Assembly: GCA_003224725.1 (NCBI GenBank)
Contig: QHZQ01000043.1
Span: forward strand, 18,022-56,790
Direction of reading: 5' to 3'
Length of the DNA stretch: 38,769 nt
Source: Acidobacteriota bacterium
GTDB taxonomy: Bacteria; Acidobacteriota; Terriglobia; Versatilivoradales; Versatilivoraceae
In this document: piece by piece, positions 17,045 to 26,167 of the stretch
Layout of the letters: the number at the start of each line of letters is the position of its first letter
How positions within the stretch are numbered: the first letter of the stretch is position 1
The notes under the pieces: generated by a model
The model's input: the letters and a program-made list of their open reading frames with translations, nothing else
Database searches by the model: none
What the model was told of the DNA's origin: nothing
Program-made: the position numbers and the translations under genes

Positions 17045-17983
17045 TTAACCTGGGCCGCATCTACTCCAAGCTGCAGCATGAAACCGAATCAGAGTGTTGA
17101 AGTTTAACCGTTGATAAAGAGTTACGGCCCCTTTGTTTTTAGCAGTTACGCTTAGAGAGATCGTGCGATACTGTTGGGTGGAAAGAGCAACAATGGAGCG
17201 AATTAGCAGATGGGTGCCGATACCCCTTCCCTGAAATACCGGAGAAACAACTACTTGGGGTATTTGTCCATTAAAGGAAGAAACCGACGAAGTAAGAACA
17301 AATCCGATCCATTGTTTTGAGTGAAGATGGAGGGCGCAGAACGAAGCGTTCTTCACAAATGAACCACAACCAAGCTTCGATATGATGTTTCTCAAGTAAT
17401 TTCTACAACCATCAAATGACTCATAGTGAATACTGATTTCCCTGTCAACGATATTCTCATATGCATGAACCGTGAGTTGTGCAGCGTCGTCCAAGTTTGT
17501 TTCCTCCCACGGTCGCAACTCAATTCCAACAGGTGGCAGCATTCTCAGGTCTAGACTATTACAATTTCTTAACATAAAATAGCGTTCAAGGTACTTCAAG
17601 CCCAGCTTTTCGAAGAAACTCTCAACAGGCCATTTTCGAAAATAAACTGAGATTCAATTCGGTTTATTCGAGAATCCTTCTTCAAAGTTTCTACGATTTC
17701 ACCCCAAGCGTTCTTCTATACCTTGGCCGGCATATTTCTTGGAAACAAAGCAATCCCCGACGATTTCGTAGCTCCCTTCTTGAACATAAAAAGTATATCC
17801 AGCCGACATCCCGTCTTCTAAAGCCACAAAGCCAGGTAAGGCAGCTAAATCCATCATGTTGCAGATAATCCGTAGGTGACCAGAGTAGTCCCATCTGAGA
17901 TTCATTGCCCATTGCTCCATCTGTTCATCAAACAGGTCGTGAAGTGCTTGGCTTGTAAATCTCGTCAGAGGAACTAATCGCAT
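17045..17983 (-). pseudogene. Tandem-GNAT N-acetyltransferase, disrupted or misassembled. ORFs 17699-17983 and 17045-17599 share a frame and are joined by a segment readable only in another frame
   Basis: First domain: ...FVSKKYAGQGIEERL. The +1 frame then gives GEIVETLKKDSRINRIESQFIFENG. The original frame resumes as (P)VESFFEKLGLKYLERYFML, followed by a second GNAT domain (QGRGIGTHLL). The frame changes sit at run CCCC 17702-17705 and at ggcc 17628-17631. Confidence 0.6.
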
Positions 17984-17987
17984 GCGC

Positions 17988-18104
17988 TTAGAGATACCTT
18001 ATAAGCAGGAAAAGAAAAAATAAGAGCACGTAGTACAAACCCAAGACTAAGAAAATGAGAAGCCCAAGGACCATTTCAAAATTCCACCTGATTTTGGGCT
18101 TCAT
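17988..18104 (-). CDS. Possible 38-aa hydrophobic peptide (single transmembrane helix)
   Basis: MKPKIRWNFEMVLGLLIFLVLGLYYVLLFFLFLLIRYL, from an ATG internal to the 81-aa track ORF. It ends 4 nt before the GNAT start. No clear RBS, so this is speculative. Confidence 0.25.
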   Translation of the reverse strand: MKPKIRWNFEMVLGLLIFLVLGLYYVLLFFLFLLIRYL

Positions 18105-18312
18105 GAATCTATCTAAGGGCTTTTGACGAGACCATTGGAAACGTCCACACGGAGATGCTACAATGATACGGAAATAGCATAAGGCTATTTGTTTCATGTG
18201 CAGGAATTCCAACAGAGGTGCCGCACAAGTCACACTGACAGAGTCGCCTGACTTCCAAATCCTTTGTGTCTGGTGTAGACTTGATCAATTTCGAAGGCAA
18301 GATAACGGGAGT

Positions 18313-18531
18313 TCAAGCCTCTTGGGTTGGACCCACCTTGGGCATATCCCGCATGAGTTTTGCGGTGATCTCACGCGACTCCAAAGCTCCCGCGATGACA
18401 AGTTTTATCCGTTCTTTCTGTTTTTCATTAGTTAGGCTCATCTGCAGAAGTTCTGCGTAGGCCAAAATCTGGGCAATCTTGTTATTTAGTTGGTGTAAAG
18501 AGTTTCGAGCTTCACGAAAGTCAAAATCCAT
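18313..18531 (-). CDS. Stand-alone histidine-kinase DHp (HisKA-like H-box) mini-protein, 72 aa
   Basis: ARNSLHQLNNKIAQILAYAELLQ aligns with the H-box ASGVAHDFNNVLAGILGKTQLML of the upstream hybrid kinase. A second helix (IAGALESREITAKLMRDM) follows. GAGGT lies 7 nt upstream of the ATG. Confidence 0.6.
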   Translation of the reverse strand: MDFDFREARNSLHQLNNKIAQILAYAELLQMSLTNEKQKERIKLVIAGALESREITAKLMRDMPKVGPTQEA

Positions 18532-18666
18532 TCTATTACCTCATTCTGGTGACATCCCGGTTGGACAATGGGGTGCGACCGAAATATCCCCATTTGCGCC
18601 CTAATCCCTTTAAGTGAAATAATTTTCGTTTCTGTCAAATTTAATTGATCCCTGAAATCTCTTCCG

Positions 18667-20073
18667 TCAATCCACATTCAATTGGTCCAGCAGGTTCAAT
18701 CGCTTCAGCTTTTCGATCAAAGTCGTGCGTTTCAAGTTGAGCAGCTTTGCAGCTTGTTTCTTGTTTCCTCCCGATTTCTTGAGGCTCTGTAATATCAATT
18801 CCTTTTCCACATGAGAGATTTCTATTTTGAAGTTTACTCCTTCATCAGGGATGTAAATCTCAGATAAAAACAGATTCGCATTGGTTTTCTGAATTTCGCT
18901 TGGCAGGTCCGAGGAGAGCATTAAGTTGCGAGTTCCAACTAGAGCTACGGCTCGTTCAATGGCATTCTCCAACTGGCGAATATTTCCCGGCCAATTGTAG
19001 TTCATCAATAACTTCATAGCGTCTTGGGACATTGTCTTCAATTCCAAATTCGAATTCTGACAGTACTTTTTGATAAAATGCTTTGTCAACAGGGGGATAT
19101 CCTCGCGTCTATCTTTCAGAGACGGTAGGTGAATAGGAATTACATTTAACCGATAATAGAGGTCGCTGCGGAATTCATTACGCTCTACCATATCCTTCAA
19201 ATTAGCGCTAGTGGCAGCTATGATCCGTACGTCAACTTTAACGGGTTCGGTTCCCCCTACTCTTTCAAACTCCCTTTCTTGCAAAACACGCAGCAATTTC
19301 ACCTGCAAGGAAGGGCTCATGTTACCGATCTCATCGAGAAAGATAGATCCCCTGTGAGCTTGCTCGAATTTTCCTATTCGCGTATGATGGGCTCCAGTAA
19401 AGGCTCCTTTTACATGCCCGAACAGTTCGCTTTCCAATAAGGTTTCGGGGATGGCTCCGCAATTGATACTGACGATCTTTTGATCTTTCCGTTGGCTGTT
19501 AAAGTGGATAGCTTTGGCTATGAGTTCTTTCCCTGTCCCTGTTTCGCCCGTGACCAGGACCGTGCTGTTTGTGACGGCAATCGTTTCGACAAGCTGGAAT
19601 ATGTCCTGCATTGGCTGACTATTTCCAATGATGCTTTCGAAGCGATACTTTTCTTTTAGTTGAGTTTTGAGGTAGGCATTTTCCTCCTTGAGCCGACGAC
19701 GCTCTAAAGCTTGCTTTATAAGCAGCGAGATCTCAATTAGTTGAAATGGCTTAGCAATATAATCGTAGGCACCGCTTTTCATGGCTTGCACCGCACTTTC
19801 AACAGTCCCGTACCCGGTGATAATGATACCGATAATCTCTGGATAAATCGCAAGGGCCTGCTGAAGCACTGCATTGCCATCCAACCCTGGGAGTTTCATA
19901 TCCGTAATTAGGATGTCGAAGACGTTTTTCTTTAACGATTCGAGTCCTTCTTCACCACTGGACGCCTGCTGGACCTCATAGCCCTCCTCTTGATTGAGGT
20001 AAGCGGCAATGGCCTCTCTTAATTCTATTTCGTCATCTACAACTAAAATATTTTCGCGACCTGGCATTCCCAT
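18667..20073 (-). CDS. Sigma-54-dependent response regulator (NtrC family: REC-AAA+-Fis HTH)
   Basis: REC domain (ILITDMKLPGLDG), Walker A GETGTGKE, GAFTGA loop (VKGAFTGA), and C-terminal HTH GNKKQAAKLLNLKRTTLIEKLKRL. Confidence 0.93.
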   Translation of the reverse strand: MGMPGRENILVVDDEIELREAIAAYLNQEEGYEVQQASSGEEGLESLKKNVFDILITDMKLPGLDGNAVLQQALAIYPEIIGIIITGYGTVESAVQAMKSGAYDYIAKPFQLIEISLLIKQALERRRLKEENAYLKTQLKEKYRFESIIGNSQPMQDIFQLVETIAVTNSTVLVTGETGTGKELIAKAIHFNSQRKDQKIVSINCGAIPETLLESELFGHVKGAFTGAHHTRIGKFEQAHRGSIFLDEIGNMSPSLQVKLLRVLQEREFERVGGTEPVKVDVRIIAATSANLKDMVERNEFRSDLYYRLNVIPIHLPSLKDRREDIPLLTKHFIKKYCQNSNLELKTMSQDAMKLLMNYNWPGNIRQLENAIERAVALVGTRNLMLSSDLPSEIQKTNANLFLSEIYIPDEGVNFKIEISHVEKELILQSLKKSGGNKKQAAKLLNLKRTTLIEKLKRLNLLDQLNVD

Positions 20074-20121
20074 TTCTCTCTACGACTCCCAGAGATCTCG
20101 ATGAAAGTTCTTAAGCTTCTT

Positions 20122-22911
20122 TTATTTATGGTGTCTCAATACTTCCTCCACCGCGTTCAGAAGGTCTTCCATTTGGCAAGGCTTTGAAAGAACCAGATCA
20201 ATTCCGCACTCCTGAATTCTGGCATCGTCGAGCTGGATTCCCCACCCGCTCAAAAGCACTATTGGCACATCAGGTCTCTTAGCTTTGATTGCCTTGGCTA
20301 CATCCCAGCCGGACATCTCAGGTAGGCCTAAGTCAGAAAAGACCAAATCGTAGTTATTCTTCTCGAATAATGTAATCCCCTCTAACCCAGAGGCGGCGAC
20401 ATCCGCCTCATAACCGGAAGAGACAAACATTTCAGCCAAGAAGTCGCGAATTACGTCCTCATCATCAATAACTAAGATTCGCAGTCTTTGTTTATCCATA
20501 GGGGAAGTCCTCAAACGGGTCGTTCTCTCCGACTTTCTTGCAGCGGGAAGCTGAAGAAGACAGGTTGTCCCCTTTCCAAGCTCACTTTCAATTGTTATGT
20601 TTCCGTGGTGCCTTAAAATGACGCCATAGGCTGCACTCATTCCCAATCCTGTCCCCTTGGGCCCCTTGGTGGAGAAAAAGGGCTCGAAAATTTTCCGCTT
20701 TACTTCGCTGGACATCCCAACACCGGTATCTGATACTCGTATTTCTACGTAGTCGGTACGGTCTACCTGAACGGGTCGTGTCTCAATAGAAATGGTTCCA
20801 CCATCAGGCATGGCGTCTATGGAGTTAGTCAAAATATTGACTATTACCTCAGCCAGTTCTCTGCTAATCCCACTTATCGGGGAAACTAACTCTGGGTGGA
20901 ATCGGATGTCAATTTTGATCCCTTTGGCCTCACACTGATCCTTCCAAACTGGCTTGATGACATTAATAGCGTAGGTGATGATTTCGTTAACATCTACATT
21001 GGTGAACTTTTGGTCAGTTCGAATTCGGGTAAAATCCTGGATTCTTTTCACCTTATGAGAACCCTGAATGGTTGTCATTTCAATCGTCTTCAGATTCTGC
21101 TTCAGCAGCTCAGGATCAGGCGCAACGCCTTTCTCCAGATTGTTTAGCATTAACTGGGTTTTTCCGAGAATCCCAGCCAAGACATTATTGAAGTCATGAG
21201 CAACGCCGCTTGCCATTTCGCCCAAGGCTTTTAGGCGTTCTATCTGCACGATTTGATTTTGGAGCTGACGTTGTTCTGTTATGTCCTTGCCAACATACAG
21301 CCATGCGAAGAGTTGACCATCTGAGCTGTAGATGGGTGTGGTGGCAATATCAAAGGTCCCACCCAACAACTTGTCTTCAAATTCTACGGAGATGATTTTA
21401 TTCTGTTCATACATTTCAGGCTTTTGATGGTGGCACCAAGGAGACCGCTCATCCTTGAAAATTTCCACAGCCCTCTTGTTTACAATTTCCCTTGGCTCCA
21501 CCTTTAAGCGACGGGCCATGGTTCTATTTATTCGAATTATTCTCCCGTTAAGGTCATGCATGCAGATCAATTCCGACATGGTGTCAAACGTCGTTTCCCA
21601 TTCCGTTTTTGCCTCCTTGATCGCATTGAATAACCTGGCGTTGGCGATGGCCACCGTGATTTGATTGCAAATGGAAATTAAGATTTCGATTTCTTGGGAA
21701 GAAAAGTCATTCTGAGTAAGACTACCGCCAAAAACAAATCCAAGAAATTTGTCCTTAAAAAAAAGTGGCAAAATGACGAAGGACTGGATCCCTTCTTTTT
21801 GACAAAGCGCAATCAATAATGAAGGAAAGTCAGGAGACAAGGACTTTTGCAATGACCGATTGACGATAGGCTTTTTGAACCTGAGAAGGGAACCGAGGGT
21901 ATCATTCCAAAGGCCTTTGTCATTGAGAGATTCAACAAAATGAGGCGGGAGATTATAAGACCCGCTCAATTGAGATGTCGCATCAGTAAATCGTAAGGTG
22001 TATATGGCCCCGCAGCTCAGTCCGGTAAACTCACAAATCTTCTGCAAGGAAGCATTAGAGATTTCCTCGATGTTCAAAGAATGTGCGAGAGTTGAAGTTA
22101 CCGAAAGGAGCGTAGTCAGTTCTTTGTTCTTTTGCAGGATCTCTCTTTCCAGCAGCTTTCGTTGGGTAACGTCTCTTCCGATGGCTTCAAACCCGATCAC
22201 CCTGCCCCCGTGCAAAAGGGTAGTCAGGCTCAGTTCAAAGCTTTTGCTTTCGCCATTCTTTGTGACGAAGTCCAACTCAATTAGCTTTGTAGGTTCCCCC
22301 CGTAACTCTCCTAAAAGCTCAACTTCCGCTATCTTTTGACTTCTGAGATCCAGCAAGATCTTAAAATTTTCCCCTAAGAGTTCCTCTGCAGAAAAGCCTA
22401 GAAGCTTTACGACCCCATTCGTTAAGAAGGTGAAATTCCCCTGGTTATCGGTGGTGAAAATAAGATCGTTGGCGTTTTCCGCAAGTCTCTTATACTTTTC
22501 TTCCGAAACTCGCAGCTTTATTTGAAGATCGTGTTTTTCAATCGTTTTTTCAACGATATTGGGAAGGCTTTTGAGGTAGCTTTGGCTCTTGACGATATAA
22601 TCATAGGCCCCGTTCTTCAAGGCCTTGACCGCGATTTGCTCATCGCCCTGCCCAGTAACCATAATTACAGGAACATCAAAGCCGTTTTCCTTTATTCTTT
22701 TGATGACCTCCATACCATCCATTCGCGGGAGACTATAGTCAAGAATCACGATCGAGAAGTCTTCGTAAGAAAGGCGGTCGAGGCAATCTCGCCCGTCTTT
22801 TACAGAGACAACCTGCATCTCTGTATTAAACCTCTTGAATGCCCTTTCTGTCAGTAGAAGTTGGTCGACGTTATCTTCTACGACAAGGATCTTGATCGGA
22901 TAGCAAATCAT
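20122..22911 (-). CDS. Hybrid sensor histidine kinase (REC-PAS-GAF-PAS-HisKA-HATPase-REC)
   Basis: N-terminal REC (VILDYSLPRMDG). H-box AHDFNNVLAGILG. ATPase motifs DTGVGM and GTGLGMS. C-terminal REC (VFSDLGLPEMSG). No Hpt domain recognised. Confidence 0.93.
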   Translation of the reverse strand: MICYPIKILVVEDNVDQLLLTERAFKRFNTEMQVVSVKDGRDCLDRLSYEDFSIVILDYSLPRMDGMEVIKRIKENGFDVPVIMVTGQGDEQIAVKALKNGAYDYIVKSQSYLKSLPNIVEKTIEKHDLQIKLRVSEEKYKRLAENANDLIFTTDNQGNFTFLTNGVVKLLGFSAEELLGENFKILLDLRSQKIAEVELLGELRGEPTKLIELDFVTKNGESKSFELSLTTLLHGGRVIGFEAIGRDVTQRKLLEREILQKNKELTTLLSVTSTLAHSLNIEEISNASLQKICEFTGLSCGAIYTLRFTDATSQLSGSYNLPPHFVESLNDKGLWNDTLGSLLRFKKPIVNRSLQKSLSPDFPSLLIALCQKEGIQSFVILPLFFKDKFLGFVFGGSLTQNDFSSQEIEILISICNQITVAIANARLFNAIKEAKTEWETTFDTMSELICMHDLNGRIIRINRTMARRLKVEPREIVNKRAVEIFKDERSPWCHHQKPEMYEQNKIISVEFEDKLLGGTFDIATTPIYSSDGQLFAWLYVGKDITEQRQLQNQIVQIERLKALGEMASGVAHDFNNVLAGILGKTQLMLNNLEKGVAPDPELLKQNLKTIEMTTIQGSHKVKRIQDFTRIRTDQKFTNVDVNEIITYAINVIKPVWKDQCEAKGIKIDIRFHPELVSPISGISRELAEVIVNILTNSIDAMPDGGTISIETRPVQVDRTDYVEIRVSDTGVGMSSEVKRKIFEPFFSTKGPKGTGLGMSAAYGVILRHHGNITIESELGKGTTCLLQLPAARKSERTTRLRTSPMDKQRLRILVIDDEDVIRDFLAEMFVSSGYEADVAASGLEGITLFEKNNYDLVFSDLGLPEMSGWDVAKAIKAKRPDVPIVLLSGWGIQLDDARIQECGIDLVLSKPCQMEDLLNAVEEVLRHHK

Positions 22912-23203
22912 TGATTGTTCAGGCCAATAATTGTGGAATAGATCTCTTGTTTAGGAACAGCAGAATATTGCGAAAAAGGGTTGTTCCAATATCACAGTTA
23001 ACAAGCAATCTCCCTTCCAATCTGCATTACGTCCGACCCCAAGTGGTCAATTGTAGATCAGTGCCAAAAAGTAGACGCTATTTGTAACATATTCATGCTA
23101 TAAAAGACATGACAAAATTCGAGATGCAGAAGACGTGTCAACATATTGAAAACATTACTAATTATTTTGATGTAAGGGAATGCCGAAAAGGGGGAGAGCC
23201 ATA

Positions 23204-23653
23204 ATGATTATCGCTGAAAGAATTCAAAAGGACCTAGTCGAAGCCATGAAGTCAAAAGATCAGCTTCGGCTCGACGTGCTTCGCGGAATGAAAGCAGCTC
23301 TCAAAAATCGGGAAATAGAAAAAATCAGGCAATTGACGGAATTGGAGGTATTGCAAGTTCTGCAAGGCCTTGTCAAGCAAAGAAAGGATTCTATCGAGCA
23401 ATTTACCAAGGGAGGACGGCACGATTTAGCGAGCCGGGAGGAATCCGAGATGAGGATTCTGGAGTCTTACCTGCCGCCCACGGTTGAAGAAGGAGAAATA
23501 AAGGCTGTCGTGGCACAAGCTATTTGCGAACTTCAGGCCAACTCACCGAGAGATTTCGGTAGGGTCATGAAGTCCGTCATGGGAAAATTCTCAGGGAAAA
23601 TCGTAGATGGGAAAGTGGTTAACGATTTAGTTCGATCTCAACTAGGAGGATAG
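23204..23653 (+). CDS. yqeY: GatB/YqeY domain protein
   Basis: Full-length family pattern (LVEAMKSKDQLRLDVLRGMKAALKN...), 149 aa. GGGGGAG lies upstream of the ATG at 23204. Confidence 0.85.
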   Translation: MIIAERIQKDLVEAMKSKDQLRLDVLRGMKAALKNREIEKIRQLTELEVLQVLQGLVKQRKDSIEQFTKGGRHDLASREESEMRILESYLPPTVEEGEIKAVVAQAICELQANSPRDFGRVMKSVMGKFSGKIVDGKVVNDLVRSQLGG

Positions 23654-23673
23654 CAATTCAGCTTAAGGAGAGG

Positions 23674-24477
23674 TCAATGAATGATGGTTCCCTTTCCAAT
23701 CAATGCGCCACTGATTGGCTTATCAATTCGACCATCCGCAAAAATAACTTCTTTAACACCTTGACGAATAGCTTCGGCAGCTCCTAAGATTTTCTTTTTC
23801 ATTCGCCCCTTTGCGTATTTGACATAGTTATCCATTTCTCGGATTGGAATGTCTTCGACCAGACTGGATTCGTTTGTCACATCTTTGAGGAGTCCCGGGA
23901 CGTTAGAAAGGATGACAAGTTTCTCGACTTTTAGGGCCGAGGCCAGAATTGCAGCAGCTCGATCTCCATCGACGTTGATGGCCTCCCCCTGATAACTAAT
24001 CGCGGGCGGAGTCAAAACCGGCGTGTATCCATGCTCTAAGAGGAGCTCAATCAAATCCAGGTTGACTTTTTCGACCCTCCCAGTAAAGTCATCACGTAGA
24101 ACCTTCTTCTTGCCATCCTCAACTATAGTGATGGCTGATTTTCGAATTCCTTCCCAGATTCGACCGTCAACTCCTGACAAGCCTACAGCATTGATGCCGC
24201 GTCTTTGCAGTTTCTCAACGATCCCCTTGTTGATTTTACCACAGTACACCATTTCAAAGATTTCTAAAGTCTCGCGGTCAGTGTAACGAGATTCATAACC
24301 CGAAACCGAGGTCACCATTCGCGGCGGCTTCCCCAATCTTGCCGACACGAGATTGGTTTCAGAAGAGCCTCCATGAACAAGAATGATTTGAAGACCGGTT
24401 TTAAGGATCGAGGCCAGGTCGTTACAAACAGCCTCATAGTTGATACCAAGACTTCCACCCATCTTGATTACGATCAT
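23674..24477 (-). CDS. lysZ: [LysW]-aminoadipate/[LysW]-glutamate kinase (acetylglutamate-kinase family)
   Basis: Amino-acid kinase motifs IVIKMGGS and LVHGGS. 267 aa. It sits in a cluster with lysW/X/Y. Confidence 0.85.
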   Translation of the reverse strand: MIVIKMGGSLGINYEAVCNDLASILKTGLQIILVHGGSSETNLVSARLGKPPRMVTSVSGYESRYTDRETLEIFEMVYCGKINKGIVEKLQRRGINAVGLSGVDGRIWEGIRKSAITIVEDGKKKVLRDDFTGRVEKVNLDLIELLLEHGYTPVLTPPAISYQGEAINVDGDRAAAILASALKVEKLVILSNVPGLLKDVTNESSLVEDIPIREMDNYVKYAKGRMKKKILGAAEAIRQGVKEVIFADGRIDKPISGALIGKGTIIH

Positions 24478-24525
24478 TCTGGTGACAATCCTTTGTCAGT
24501 GCCTGCGTACTGAGGGGATCTTTAG

Positions 24526-25686
24526 CTATAACGTATTCTTTAACCACTCGGTAACTAATGCTGCGGCCTCCGGTATTTCTTGTAAAATCCTGGAACCGTG
24601 AGCGTTGGAGTTTTCATAGATTTGCACTCTTACAGGGAACCCCGTCAACCTTTCGAATTGACGGGCGAAATCTGCACTTTGATCATCGCCTTGGGTGGCG
24701 ATATACAGGATAGAATGAGGTTGGAAATTTTTGCAATCCCTTGCAAGCATTTTGGCATCCTGTGGGCTGCCTGAAAGGGCAACAGCGGAGCGAATAGCTT
24801 CGTACTTTCCAGAGGCTACGTAGGCTAGGTTAGCCCCCAGACTGCCCCCGACAACTGCGATGCGATTTTGGTCAACCTCATTTTGAGATTTTAACCAATT
24901 AACAGCTGCCTCGAGGTCTAAGGGAAATTGCTTCGAATCAGTTAACCAACTTCGGTTCGCGATAAGTTTCTCTTCACCTTTGAGAGCACTGGCACCGTGC
25001 CCTCTCAGATCGATGTTAAGAACGGCAAAATCGTTTTTCAGCAGATGCTCGCTAATGAAGCCTTCCCAAACACTTCTTTCTTCTCCGAAACCATGGAGCA
25101 GGAGAACTGCGGCAAGCTTTTGATCTGTCTTTGAAGAGGGGCGATGCCAGTCTCCCAAAATCTTCACCTGATCTGGAGTGTGCAATTCTATGGCCTTCTT
25201 TACAGAACCACCAGAAATCCGTTTGATTGGGAACCCACTCTCTTCACTCAATTCAAAATTGAAGACATTATCAAAACGATCAAGAAAGGAACTTACGGTT
25301 CTTGTTTCCGAGACAAATCTCCCGTGTTCAGCATGTACTTCATAGTCAGCCTTTGGATCTAGTCCAAATACAGAGTAGAGGCCATTCTGATCAGTCACCA
25401 AAATCGTGGTCGTCTTTTTATTCAGATTCTTGATAAATACCTTGGCTCCTATGATGGAGTTCTTCTTTCTGTCTGTGACATGACCTCTAATTGACTTTGT
25501 TGGCGGGACCTTTTCTTTGCCCACGTTAAACTCTGTGGAACTTCCATACAAAACACATCCTAGAATCGAACTAAGGAGGACTCGACGTGTAAGTCTAAGC
25601 CTCCAAATAGAGTATACACTTAGCCCAGGAAAATTATTTCTGTTCGGAAACAGTCTCCATATTGAAGATAACATCTTGACGTTCAT
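24526..25686 (-). CDS. Secreted or lipoprotein-type alpha/beta hydrolase with an N-terminal carboxypeptidase-regulatory-like domain
   Basis: Lipobox-like ILGC. Beta-sandwich segment IRGHVTDRKKNSIIGAKVFIKN...DQNGLYSVFGL. Hydrolase motifs LLLHGFGE and nucleophile elbow GGSLG. Overlaps the upstream gene by 53 nt. Confidence 0.7.
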   Translation of the reverse strand: MNVKMLSSIWRLFPNRNNFPGLSVYSIWRLRLTRRVLLSSILGCVLYGSSTEFNVGKEKVPPTKSIRGHVTDRKKNSIIGAKVFIKNLNKKTTTILVTDQNGLYSVFGLDPKADYEVHAEHGRFVSETRTVSSFLDRFDNVFNFELSEESGFPIKRISGGSVKKAIELHTPDQVKILGDWHRPSSKTDQKLAAVLLLHGFGEERSVWEGFISEHLLKNDFAVLNIDLRGHGASALKGEEKLIANRSWLTDSKQFPLDLEAAVNWLKSQNEVDQNRIAVVGGSLGANLAYVASGKYEAIRSAVALSGSPQDAKMLARDCKNFQPHSILYIATQGDDQSADFARQFERLTGFPVRVQIYENSNAHGSRILQEIPEAAALVTEWLKNTL

Positions 25687-26047
25687 CCCCCGTAAACCTG
25701 ATAGTCTTTTCTAAGGGCCTGACCCCTTTCTTGTTCGCCGAGACCAGGAATGTGTGCTCACCTGCGGGAAGTCGAAGGGCAAACTCGCCGCGTGAATTTG
25801 AGAGCATATTCCATTTTTTCTTGTTGGCTTTCTTGCCAGCTTCTGACTTCATTTCAACCACAATAGTTACCCCTGGCAGGCTAAAGCCTTTTTCATTGAA
25901 ACAGGTTCCAATGAGCAAGGCGTAGGGCTTCTCTTTTTTTTCTGCCGCGACAACATTGAGATTGGGGTTCAGCCCGACGACAACAATCAAGCTGATGCTG
26001 AAAATCACAATAGAAAATTCTACTCTTGGAATTCTCAGTCGCTTCAA
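25634..26047 (-). CDS. Small secreted carboxypeptidase-regulatory-like domain protein
   Basis: Signal-like segment FSIVIFSISLIVVVGL, then GTCFNEKGFSLPGVTIVVE...SNSRGEFALRLPAGEHTF. TTG start. Confidence 0.6.
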   Translation of the reverse strand: MKRLRIPRVEFSIVIFSISLIVVVGLNPNLNVVAAEKKEKPYALLIGTCFNEKGFSLPGVTIVVEMKSEAGKKANKKKWNMLSNSRGEFALRLPAGEHTFLVSANKKGVRPLEKTIRFTGDERQDVIFNMETVSEQK

Positions 26048-26167
26048 ACTATTCCATCTCTTCCATTTTTAGTTTCTGCTCTTAAGCGGGTTGGAAGGAA
26101 AGAGCTTTGCGTGTCTCTAAGTTTTGCCACATCATGCATCCCACCTCGATGTCTTGGATTCTATGCG

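Noticed and set aside
24526-25686. The alpha/beta hydrolase as a replacement for the missing LysK (the enzyme releasing the product from LysW)
   Set aside because: The protein has a hydrophobic leader with a lipobox-like ILGC and an extracytoplasmic-type beta-sandwich domain. Its predicted location is therefore incompatible with a cytoplasmic LysW substrate. LysK is also an M20 metallopeptidase, not a serine hydrolase.
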